The notes under the pieces are model-generated. The model saw only the letters and a program-made list of their open reading frames with translations, searched no databases and had not been told where the DNA came from. 64,000 bases of DNA from an uncultured virus (IMG/VR IMGVR_UViG_2061766007_000036) (taxonomy: Duplodnaviria; Heunggongvirae; Uroviricota; Caudoviricetes): the IMG/VR virus record IMGVR_UViG_2061766007_000036, one strand, 5' to 3'. The position numbers and the translations under genes were made by a program. Below, piece by piece: positions 19,871 to 27,398 of the stretch (the stretch's first letter is position 1; each line of letters opens with the position of its first letter).

Positions 19871-20014
19871 TCAGGACTCCTTTTTCTTCGTGGTTTTCTT
19901 CTTGGGAGCCTCAGCGGCCGGAGCGTGTCCGGCCGCTTTGTACTTCTCCACAAGATCCTCCGGGACTTCCATGCGGACTCCCGTCACGTTATGGATCATT
20001 GTGACGTGCTTCAT
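19871..20014 (-). CDS. Small basic post-capsid protein (47 aa)
   Basis: Own translation MKHVTMIHNVTGVRMEVPEDLVEKYKAAGH...KKKTTKKKES; start overlaps capsid stop (TGATG). Confidence 0.6.
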   Translation of the reverse strand: MKHVTMIHNVTGVRMEVPEDLVEKYKAAGHAPAAEAPKKKTTKKKES

Positions 20015-20925
20015 CAGGTGGTCGGGATCGCTCCGGTCAGCAGGTTGAAGCAGTCGGTGTCAGCGCGGAAGCCGACCTCGATCTCCGCACGGACGGCGAC
20101 CATGTTCTGCTGCCACAGGTTGATCTGGGTGGCGCTGGTGCCGCTTCCGACGGTGAGGGTCGCGGTGTCGGAGACGGAGATCTCCACGCCGTTGACCGTT
20201 CCGAAGAAGGCCTTGCTCCAGTCGCCGGCGACGCCGACCACAGCGGGCGTGCCGGAAGAGCCGGCCGTTCCTGCCTTGTAGATGTTCTTGTTGATCGCCA
20301 CGGGAACGCCGAGGACTCTGTCCACGACGCCTTCGGTCGCGGATGCCAGGAACAGGGGACGGCCATCACCATCGACGGCGGTCAGCAGCAGGCCACGGCC
20401 CTGAGCACCCAGAGCGAGGCCGTCCATGACGCCACCCTGTGCAGCGATGTTGGCGTCGGCCGTAACGATGCCGAGATAAGTGCCGTTGTTGGCGTTGAGG
20501 ATGCTCACCTTCGTGCAGTTCGCGAAGGTGTCGAAGTTGCTCGCAGAGGGAGCGTTGGTGGCCCCGACGACGGTGCTGTCGAACACGCCGGCCAGAGCGG
20601 ACGGCAGACGCTCCACGAGAGCATCGTAGAGCCCGGGGATGTCACGGACGAACTCCTTGGAGAAGGTCTCGATGACGGCGATCTTGAACGCCTGCATCAG
20701 CTTGGTCGCCGGGGTGGCGTTGCTGACGGGCTTCGCGGCGGTCTCGCTGACCCACGCGGCGCTGGGGTCGTTGGTGATCACAGGGATCGTCACGCCACGG
20801 CCGGGCAGAGGGATGTGATGAGCCAGTCTCATGATGGCGGAGTCCTGTTTGATCTTCTGCAGGATCTCGCTGGCGATGTCGGAAGGCAGCGCCATGGAAT
20901 TGGTGGTTCTGTTGATGTCAGCCAT
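20014..20925 (-). CDS. Major capsid protein (HK97 fold)
   Basis: LP...ASEI; P.AAWV.E...KP; GDWS; NLWQQN.VAVRAE.E.GF. Confidence 0.92.
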   Translation of the reverse strand: MADINRTTNSMALPSDIASEILQKIKQDSAIMRLAHHIPLPGRGVTIPVITNDPSAAWVSETAAKPVSNATPATKLMQAFKIAVIETFSKEFVRDIPGLYDALVERLPSALAGVFDSTVVGATNAPSASNFDTFANCTKVSILNANNGTYLGIVTADANIAAQGGVMDGLALGAQGRGLLLTAVDGDGRPLFLASATEGVVDRVLGVPVAINKNIYKAGTAGSSGTPAVVGVAGDWSKAFFGTVNGVEISVSDTATLTVGSGTSATQINLWQQNMVAVRAEIEVGFRADTDCFNLLTGAIPTT

Positions 20926-20939
20926 TTTCAAATCTCCTT

Positions 20940-21407
20940 CTATTTGATGTTTGCCTCGTACCAGTCTTTGAACTGGTCACGGGTCGACCCACCGACGGGA
21001 GCGTGATGCTCTCCTCCGTCGTGGGTGTCGGGATAGGGTGCGGCCGTTCCCTTGAACTTGAGGATCGCTTCGGCCTGAACCTTGCAGGCTTCTTCCGTCT
21101 CCCCTGTCAGCAGGGATGCCGGCACGCCGGTTTCTGCGGCCACCTTGTCACGGGCGTCCCGTGCGGCGGTCGCTTTCGCCATCTCATCGAGCTGTGCCTT
21201 GTACTGGCTGGCCAGCTCCTGAGCTTTCTGCAGTTCTGTTTTTCCCGCCTCCTGCGCGGCGTCGAATTGTGCGGCCTTGGCTTTCAGCTCTTCGTAGTCC
21301 GCATACTTGCCCCGTTCTCTGCTCAGCCTGTCCGCCACGATGGCGTTCAGCTCAGCCTGGGTGAAGGTCTTTTCCGTTTCCTGTTCCTGATTCACAGTTT
21401 CTGCCAT
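20940..21407 (-). CDS. Capsid scaffolding protein (DUF4355-like)
   Basis: KTFTQ.E.NAIV..RL.RE..KY.DY..LK.KA; GVP..LL.G..EE. Confidence 0.85.
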   Translation of the reverse strand: MAETVNQEQETEKTFTQAELNAIVADRLSRERGKYADYEELKAKAAQFDAAQEAGKTELQKAQELASQYKAQLDEMAKATAARDARDKVAAETGVPASLLTGETEEACKVQAEAILKFKGTAAPYPDTHDGGEHHAPVGGSTRDQFKDWYEANIK

Positions 21408-21461
21408 TTTGTTTCTCCTCCGCTTTCGCGTAAATTTCCGGCTTAGCCAGCCGTGGGCATG

Positions 21462-21485
21462 AAAAAAGCACGATTGCTCGTGCTT
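21462..21485 (-). terminator. Intrinsic terminator-like hairpin after glycosyltransferase-like gene
   Basis: AAGCACGA-GCAA-TCGTGCTT then TTTT. Confidence 0.7.
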
Positions 21486-21488
21486 GAA

Positions 21489-22136
21489 TCATTGATTGTT
21501 AAGTTTTCGCTCCAGCTCGTCCACCAGATCCGGGTCTGGGAAATACGCCGCCCGGTTCACCTGGGCGAGCCGTGCCTGGTTGATCAGAGTCCCGCCGATG
21601 AGGTAGTCGATATGATCCACGAGGTTCGGCTTGAGGTTTAGCACCCGGAGATCCTTCTGGTCTTCGCAATACTTGGCGAAGAACCAGTCGTCATGCTTCT
21701 TGTCCACATACTGGGAGCCGTACTGCTTTGCGCCCACGTTGTCGAACCACTCCAGGAAGCCGGCGGCGAGGTCGTTCGGTATCCTTATGCACGGGAACGA
21801 GTACCAAGCTAAGAACGCCGGCACCCGTCCGTGCGTCTCCGGGTACTTGCCGAAGTTCTTGCAGTGGAACCCGCAGACAAGCCCCTCGTCGTTCTCTCTC
21901 GTCAGTTCCGCGAACTGCCGGCAGATGATCACATCATCCTGCAAATGCCACACGCCGCCCGGCTGTGAGGCGCAGGCCCTCATGCTCGCGATGAACGCCG
22001 GAAGGTTCCCCTCCTGCTTCTCATCGTTCCAGACGATGATCTCCTCGTCCGTGATGCCCTGAGCCTTCATGGATGGGACGAGGTACTTCTCCACATACCA
22101 CATCCGAGGCGGGCAGGCGTGTATCATGTATTTCAT
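21489..22136 (-). CDS. Putative GT-A glycosyltransferase-like protein
   Basis: Hydrophobic strand + HLQDDV; DDW; PNLVDHID pattern resembling GT25/GT2-like enzymes. Confidence 0.5.
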   Translation of the reverse strand: MKYMIHACPPRMWYVEKYLVPSMKAQGITDEEIIVWNDEKQEGNLPAFIASMRACASQPGGVWHLQDDVIICRQFAELTRENDEGLVCGFHCKNFGKYPETHGRVPAFLAWYSFPCIRIPNDLAAGFLEWFDNVGAKQYGSQYVDKKHDDWFFAKYCEDQKDLRVLNLKPNLVDHIDYLIGGTLINQARLAQVNRAAYFPDPDLVDELERKLNNQ

Positions 22137-22885
22137 GGCTCATACAGCTCCGACTCTTCTGCTCTCCTGGCGTATGCTTCCCGCTTCTGCTCGTTGATTC
22201 TGTCCTTGTCTTCCTCGTAGAACTCGCGCCTCATGGCGTTGATCTTGTCCTTCGGCGTGTCACCGTCCGCCTCGTCGTACATCTTCTTGTACTTGTCCGG
22301 GTCATAGCCGGCATACCTGGTCTCGGTGTCGAATCTCACCGCGTACTGGCAGTCGCAGTTGCTGTGGATGTGCTCCGCGTGCCCATTCTTGATGGACTTC
22401 TTGCTGGCGTACTGCCAGCCCCTCGATGCGAGAGTGAGACAGAAGGCACAGGTGTCTCCGGACGGTATCCAGGCAAACTGTGCGCCGTCACGGATGGCGT
22501 TCTGCATCGTCGTGTCGGCGGCGGCTCGCTTGACCATGCGGCCGACGACGTCCGGGATCGTGCTCGGCGATTCCTCTCCGACCGCTTTCATCGCGGCAGC
22601 CGTCTCGCCGTAGGTGGCGGTCTCTGCAGGGATAGCAGACTCAAACGCCATCCGCTCCGGAGAAAACATCGCCCAGTATGCAGCCATATCGTCGTACATG
22701 ATGCAGGCAAGCTCTGCGGCCGCTTCTCCGAACTGAGTCTCAAGCGAGTAGGCGTAGGCGATAAGCTTGTCGTTCACTTCATAGCCGTGGTCCCAGACAT
22801 ACTGCTGCATCAGCTCCGCCGCTCTTCGTGAGATTTGGCTGAGCCTGTCTCGGTATCTTGCCCACTCGGCGGCAGTTATGACCAT
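22133..22885 (-). CDS. Minor head protein (head morphogenesis, Cys/His motif)
   Basis: AW.P.G.TCAFC..LASRGW; HSNCDC; follows portal. Confidence 0.8.
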   Translation of the reverse strand: MVITAAEWARYRDRLSQISRRAAELMQQYVWDHGYEVNDKLIAYAYSLETQFGEAAAELACIMYDDMAAYWAMFSPERMAFESAIPAETATYGETAAAMKAVGEESPSTIPDVVGRMVKRAAADTTMQNAIRDGAQFAWIPSGDTCAFCLTLASRGWQYASKKSIKNGHAEHIHSNCDCQYAVRFDTETRYAGYDPDKYKKMYDEADGDTPKDKINAMRREFYEEDKDRINEQKREAYARRAEESELYEP

Positions 22886-22891
22886 GTTCTA

Positions 22892-24280
22892 TCAGCTCCC
22901 GAACTCCATCTCCAGGAAGCTCAGGCCTCTGGCCCGGACCTCCTGCGCTTTGATCCTACGGATGTCTGCCTGGTCGAAGCCCAGCATCTCCAGATACACG
23001 TCGGTGTTGCCGAAGGTCGGCCGGCTCGTGGCGATCTTCACCGCCGCGTCCGCTGTCACGCTGACGGACGGCATGGCAGGATTCTTGAAGTGTGCGGAGA
23101 TGTCCTTCTCCTCGTCCGCCAGCTCGTCCATCCTCACGTTCCTGGCGATGGCCTGTGCCATCTGGGAGATCGTGTACAGCGCATCGCCGTTGCCGGTGTT
23201 CAGCTGCTCGGCCAGAAGCACCAGTGTCTGGGATTGTGCCAGGATCGCATCCGAGCTCGTGGGGTTGGCGTCATTCACGACTCCCACATCGGTGACGGTC
23301 AGGCCCGTGGCGGCGCTGAACTGCGTAGACAGCACCCGCATCATGGCCACATGAGGCTCGATTGTGCCCTGCGGCAGCTGACCGAAGGTCGGCTTCTCGC
23401 CGGTCTCTGGGTTCGTCGTGGCCGCCAGCAGTGAGCCCACATAGGTCTTGAACTTCTGGTCAACGATGGCGGCGTACTGGTCATCCGTCACGCCCAGGAT
23501 GTACTTCTGAGGAGACGTGGAAAACTCCAGGCCGATGGTGGCGTTTGCCACAGTGCGAACGTAGCCCTGGATGAGTCTCCGCACCGGCTCTTTCAGTCTG
23601 GATCTGCCGAAGGGCTTCGCCGAGGTGGCATTCCAGATCAGAGGCTCCATCATTGGCCGGCCCAGGCTGTGCGGATACCTGGTGGCGTACCACCGGTCGT
23701 ACTGGTCGCGCCGGATCTCGATGACTGCGTAGTCTGTGTGCAGCTGAACGACCGCCGGCTTCCAGGTCTTATCGGTCTCGTCCCTCTTCTGGTCGATAAT
23801 GACAAGCCCTGCGGCGATCCGCTGCTTCTCGCCGTCCCAGAGGGCCGAGGCCGTCTCAGGAGAGTGCCAGCGGATGCGGCATCCGTACACCGGATCTCTG
23901 CTCAGCGTGGCAAAGGTGCACCCGTACTTCAGCTCGTCCCGGCACGCCTTCATGTACTCTGCGCGGAGCCTGTTCGCGTTCATGATCTTCGTCATCAGCT
24001 CCGCGTCCTCGCCGGAGCGCCCGACGAAGCCGTCGAACATACTCCGGGCCGCCAGAACGTCCACGGCCTTTTCGCCCCATGCACAGCCGACCTCCAGCTT
24101 CATGAAGGAGTGCGGCAGTGCCAGGCCGAGGTTGACCTCGCCGAGCGTGACGTGCCCTTCGTAGTAACGGCGCTTCCTCTTGTTCGCTCCGAGGTGGTGG
24201 TTGTAGGTCGCCACCAGCTTGGAGACCAGTTCAGCTTCCTCCGGCGTGAGGCCGGTCGCGTTTGCCATGTTTTCTAACAC
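22892..24280 (-). CDS. Portal protein (SPP1 gp6-like)
   Basis: YYEG; PFGRSR; EF...PQ....G; NP.S..AI; follows TerL. Confidence 0.88.
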   Translation of the reverse strand: MLENMANATGLTPEEAELVSKLVATYNHHLGANKRKRRYYEGHVTLGEVNLGLALPHSFMKLEVGCAWGEKAVDVLAARSMFDGFVGRSGEDAELMTKIMNANRLRAEYMKACRDELKYGCTFATLSRDPVYGCRIRWHSPETASALWDGEKQRIAAGLVIIDQKRDETDKTWKPAVVQLHTDYAVIEIRRDQYDRWYATRYPHSLGRPMMEPLIWNATSAKPFGRSRLKEPVRRLIQGYVRTVANATIGLEFSTSPQKYILGVTDDQYAAIVDQKFKTYVGSLLAATTNPETGEKPTFGQLPQGTIEPHVAMMRVLSTQFSAATGLTVTDVGVVNDANPTSSDAILAQSQTLVLLAEQLNTGNGDALYTISQMAQAIARNVRMDELADEEKDISAHFKNPAMPSVSVTADAAVKIATSRPTFGNTDVYLEMLGFDQADIRRIKAQEVRARGLSFLEMEFGS

Positions 24281-24284
24281 TTGA

Positions 24285-25682
24285 TCACCCTATTCTCATT
24301 TGTCGCGTCGGATCGCGCTTTGTGTTTCTCGCGCCCCAGAGTGCGAGGGCGCAGGCTTCTATTGGCGCGGAATCCTGGCCACCAAATGCCCACCCGCCTG
24401 CCAATGACCTCTTGACTGCAGTTGTCGCTGATTGGTCCAGCGCCGCCTGCGGTTTATACCATGTCACGGACTTCTCATTTATCTCGTTCGTCAGCTGGCC
24501 AACACTGGCCACCATGTCGCGGGCACTCGGCCTGATCACGGAGTTCTTCGCCTTCCATGTGTCCGCTATCCTGTCCACCAGAACGTCCACGCCGTTCCGG
24601 CCGTCTATCACCACGCAGCTGGCCTTGCTGTATCTCTCGTTCAGCCAGTCGGCCAGCCACCGGGTTCCCATTCCTGTCGGCTTCCTCTCGATCAGAGAGA
24701 TCCTTGCCTTCCCTTCCGGCGGGCACACAGCTCCGCACAGGCAGACCTCAGATCCGTCAGCCGAGAACTTGATCCCGTACGCCGTCTTGCCTTCAGGCTT
24801 CAGCTCATCGCTGGCGCAGGCCGCCCAGGCTTCCTTGTCCAGGGCATACTCGACCTTTTCCACAGCTATCGGTGACCACCAGCCGAGCCGCTCCCTGGCG
24901 AAGGTATCTGCATCCATCTGCTCCACTTCGCCCTCGATGGTCGAGAGCAGAATCCGCCGGCCGAGCGCCGGATTGGCGGCGACCCATCTCGCAGGGTCTT
25001 TAACGTCCCCGATCTCCGGCACGGAGAACTCAAACCACGCTGTCCGCTTCGAGTCCTTCGCCTTCTCCCTGACGCCCCGAAACACTGTGCCGGTCGCCGT
25101 CGGATCTGGCGGAGTTCCCACATAGACCACCTGCGGGTTCAAGCTCGCCGAGATTGCCGGCAGGAACGACGCCTGCTGGTTCTCGTCAAGCTCCTGAGCC
25201 TCGTCGAAAATTAGCAGATCTCCGTGCTGGCCTCGGCCGCCGTTCCTCGTTCTCGCCAGGAACTTCACCCTGGCTCCGCTCTTCAGGATGATCTGCTCGC
25301 GTCCGATGGCGGTCTTGATCTCCGCCACATACGGCCGCACCTTCGGATGCTCAAAAAAGTCGCGCATCTCCTCGAAGGTTTCTGTGGCCGTCTTCTGGAG
25401 GTGCGCGGTATATATCACCTGTTCGTTGAACAGGATCATGCCTGGCTCCATTCTCCCCTGCACGAGCAAGGTCTTTCCGTTCTGCCTCGGTACGCTTCCG
25501 CCGCACACCGGGCTGGCCCATCGTCCGCCGGGCGTCCTTCCGAGCCAGTCATCCAGGACGTCCATCTGCCACGGGTCGAGTCTGATCCCGCCGGCACGAA
25601 GTACCGCACAGGCATCCGGCCCATCAGTCGTCAGGTATTGCGGTACGATTCGGACGGACGGCTCCTGGCTCCCCATGAGCAT
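24285..25682 (-). CDS. terL: Terminase large subunit
   Basis: PRQNGKT Walker A; GRG...DLLIFDEAQ Walker B; GTPP; NPALG; RERLG.W. Confidence 0.95.
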   Translation of the reverse strand: MLMGSQEPSVRIVPQYLTTDGPDACAVLRAGGIRLDPWQMDVLDDWLGRTPGGRWASPVCGGSVPRQNGKTLLVQGRMEPGMILFNEQVIYTAHLQKTATETFEEMRDFFEHPKVRPYVAEIKTAIGREQIILKSGARVKFLARTRNGGRGQHGDLLIFDEAQELDENQQASFLPAISASLNPQVVYVGTPPDPTATGTVFRGVREKAKDSKRTAWFEFSVPEIGDVKDPARWVAANPALGRRILLSTIEGEVEQMDADTFARERLGWWSPIAVEKVEYALDKEAWAACASDELKPEGKTAYGIKFSADGSEVCLCGAVCPPEGKARISLIERKPTGMGTRWLADWLNERYSKASCVVIDGRNGVDVLVDRIADTWKAKNSVIRPSARDMVASVGQLTNEINEKSVTWYKPQAALDQSATTAVKRSLAGGWAFGGQDSAPIEACALALWGARNTKRDPTRQMRIG

Positions 25683-25863
25683 CTCGCAGGGCGATAATAT
25701 TGCCGATCTCGTCGTTGTTGTCATGATGTCCTTCTATCTCCTCGATTTCCCGGATCGTGTCCCGGTACTGCTTCGCCAGGGCAGGCAGCGCCCGGCTGTC
25801 AGCGTCCTCCATGCTGGCATATAGGCGTGCTTCGAGTTCCTTCAGCTTGTCCAACCGGGCCAT
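25624..25863 (-). CDS. terS: Terminase small subunit (putative)
   Basis: Short helical ORF (L.ALAKQYR.TI.EI) overlapping terL start; GAGGAG RBS. Confidence 0.65.
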   Translation of the reverse strand: MARLDKLKELEARLYASMEDADSRALPALAKQYRDTIREIEEIEGHHDNNDEIGNIIALRDAHGEPGAVRPNRTAIPDD

Positions 25864-25906
25864 CCAAAAACTCCTCTCGTGTAAATCGGCGCTGGTNNNN
25901 NNNNNN

Positions 25907-26395
25907 ATAGGTCGTGCTCGGAGTCACATTGATGGTCGGCTGAGTCATGCTCATCGTAGCGTCAGCACCAATGACAGAATCAGTGGTCGGATTAGCAAAC
26001 CCTGTAACAACAGCCGTGGTCTGCTTATTCAGAGCAACGCCCGTTACCACATCCGCAAGGCTTACCTGCGTGTCTCCGATTTTCTCCCATGCTTTAGAGC
26101 CCGTCGTGCCAACAGGAACGTACTCGTCATACACATCGAGGACTTCCGTCTGTGTGGAAGAGCGGACAAGGTAGAAAGCACCCGCCTGTGCGTCCTCAGC
26201 GCTCATTGTGCCCGTGTATGTAGTGCTACTGTATGTAACAACTACTCCCGCAGGAATATTCGCTATAACGGGCGTAGAAGAGCCGTCCCACGCAATGATG
26301 AAGGAAACGCCTCCCGAAATCATTTCTCGGGCAGTTGCGTCCTTAATGTCATATGTATTACCCGAAGGCAATGTGATTTTACTTATTTCAGCCAT
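25907..26395 (-). CDS. Tail-associated protein of phage B (3' truncated by gap)
   Basis: TYDIKD..AR; YDEY.....WEKIG.T motif; open into gap. Confidence 0.65.
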
Positions 26396-26410
26396 TTGAA
26401 AACCTCCCCT

Positions 26411-26794
26411 TTAATTTCGGTTTAAAATAAGCGTTTCGTCCGACAATTCGCCGTGGATAATATCCTCGGAATCGTCACAATTGAGTTTGTTGTTCCAAAA
26501 GAGTTTCTCTGCGAGAGTCGTGTGGACTTCTTGGTTACGAATATGCTCCAACAGCATTTCTCGTGTGGAATCGTCCACAAAAGCAAGGTCTTGCACGTAG
26601 GCGTTTCCTGTGCCAATCTTAATATTCGGTATATTAACCGTCTTTTCCACCGTTTCGCCGTACTCTTCTACGGTATAGGTTTTTACCTCGTAGTCGTCGT
26701 AGATAATGACCTCGCCCGGAAGCGGAATGAAGCCTACAGCCGCATTCCAATTTGCCGTGGTATCGTGCTTTGACTGAATTCTTGCCTCTACCAC
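26411..26794 (-). CDS. Fibre-type N-terminal domain protein (hyaluronate-lyase/Mtd N-terminal-like)
   Basis: RIQ.KHDT.ANW....FIP..GE.IIY; KIG.G...V.DL.F; H.T.AEK.FWNNK. Confidence 0.6.
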   Translation of the reverse strand: MVEARIQSKHDTTANWNAAVGFIPLPGEVIIYDDYEVKTYTVEEYGETVEKTVNIPNIKIGTGNAYVQDLAFVDDSTREMLLEHIRNQEVHTTLAEKLFWNNKLNCDDSEDIIHGELSDETLILNRN

Positions 26795-27058
26795 TCAAAT
26801 CACCTCCGTAGAAGTTCCGCAATAAATAAGAGAGATGTCTGACTCGCTGATTTTAGCGTCCAGTTCATCTCTCAAATTTGTTATTGCCTCAATCGGGTGC
26901 TGATTCGGCTTGTCTCTGTTATGGAGTTTCGTGTGGTCGTTGATATAGATGACGCTCTCAAGTTCTGCGGCAATTTCGCCGTCTGATTCGATAACTCCGA
27001 TAACTTCACCGTCAGACTCTACAACGCCAACGAGCTCAGCATAAGGTTCACTCGGCAT
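26795..27058 (-). CDS. Hypothetical tail-associated protein
   Basis: DH..L.NRD...QHPI.AI..L...L motif of trimeric fibre proteins. Confidence 0.6.
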   Translation of the reverse strand: MPSEPYAELVGVVESDGEVIGVIESDGEIAAELESVIYINDHTKLHNRDKPNQHPIEAITNLRDELDAKISESDISLIYCGTSTEVI

Positions 27059-27386
27059 CGTACGTGTCCTCCTCTCCCAACGTGAAAGAGGACGGCTTGA
27101 CAATCGTTTTTACCCCGATATCTTGGAAAGTAGCCTGCACGTCGTAAGAATACTTCCCCCACGGGATTCCGTTCGTATCTTCCGGTTCAAAATGGAAGAC
27201 AGCCTTCCCCTCATTTTCACCGAAATCCGTAATTACCATGTGAAGCAGTACTTGCGATGATTTTGGGGCTTTCCTCATCGTGAGTTCGATAATATCCCCA
27301 GGAACAAAAGGTCTGCTCGGAACGTATACCGTGAGTTGTTCCGTGTCCCCTCTCGTCATCTTGCAACTCCATCCCGTTACAACCAT
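27048..27386 (-). CDS. BppU-like baseplate upper/adaptor protein
   Basis: MTRGDT...PEDT...P.GKY.YDVQ; homologous to 10313-10648. Confidence 0.65.
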   Translation of the reverse strand: MVVTGWSCKMTRGDTEQLTVYVPSRPFVPGDIIELTMRKAPKSSQVLLHMVITDFGENEGKAVFHFEPEDTNGIPWGKYSYDVQATFQDIGVKTIVKPSSFTLGEEDTYDAE

Positions 27387-27398
27387 TCTCTCACCCCC

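Larger units (their letters stand above)
1..25896 (-). mobile_element. Phage A late region (siphovirus-type): packaging, head, tail, adhesin cluster, lysis
   Basis: Canonical order TerS-TerL-portal-capsid-neck-tail-TMP-Dit-Tal-fibre-lysis. Linking 1-8351 to this phage depends on scaffold gaps. Confidence 0.85.

Noticed and set aside
13000..25900. Many long plus-strand and alternate-frame ORFs (e.g. 16141-16878, 17895-18689, 24262-25125)
   Set aside because: They are antisense shadows of GC-rich minus-strand genes, with no RBS or recognisable motifs.
25799..26395. ORF read through the 25897-25906 gap as one 198-aa protein
   Set aside because: The portion after the gap is out-of-frame phage A terS region, so the fusion is an artefact of the join.
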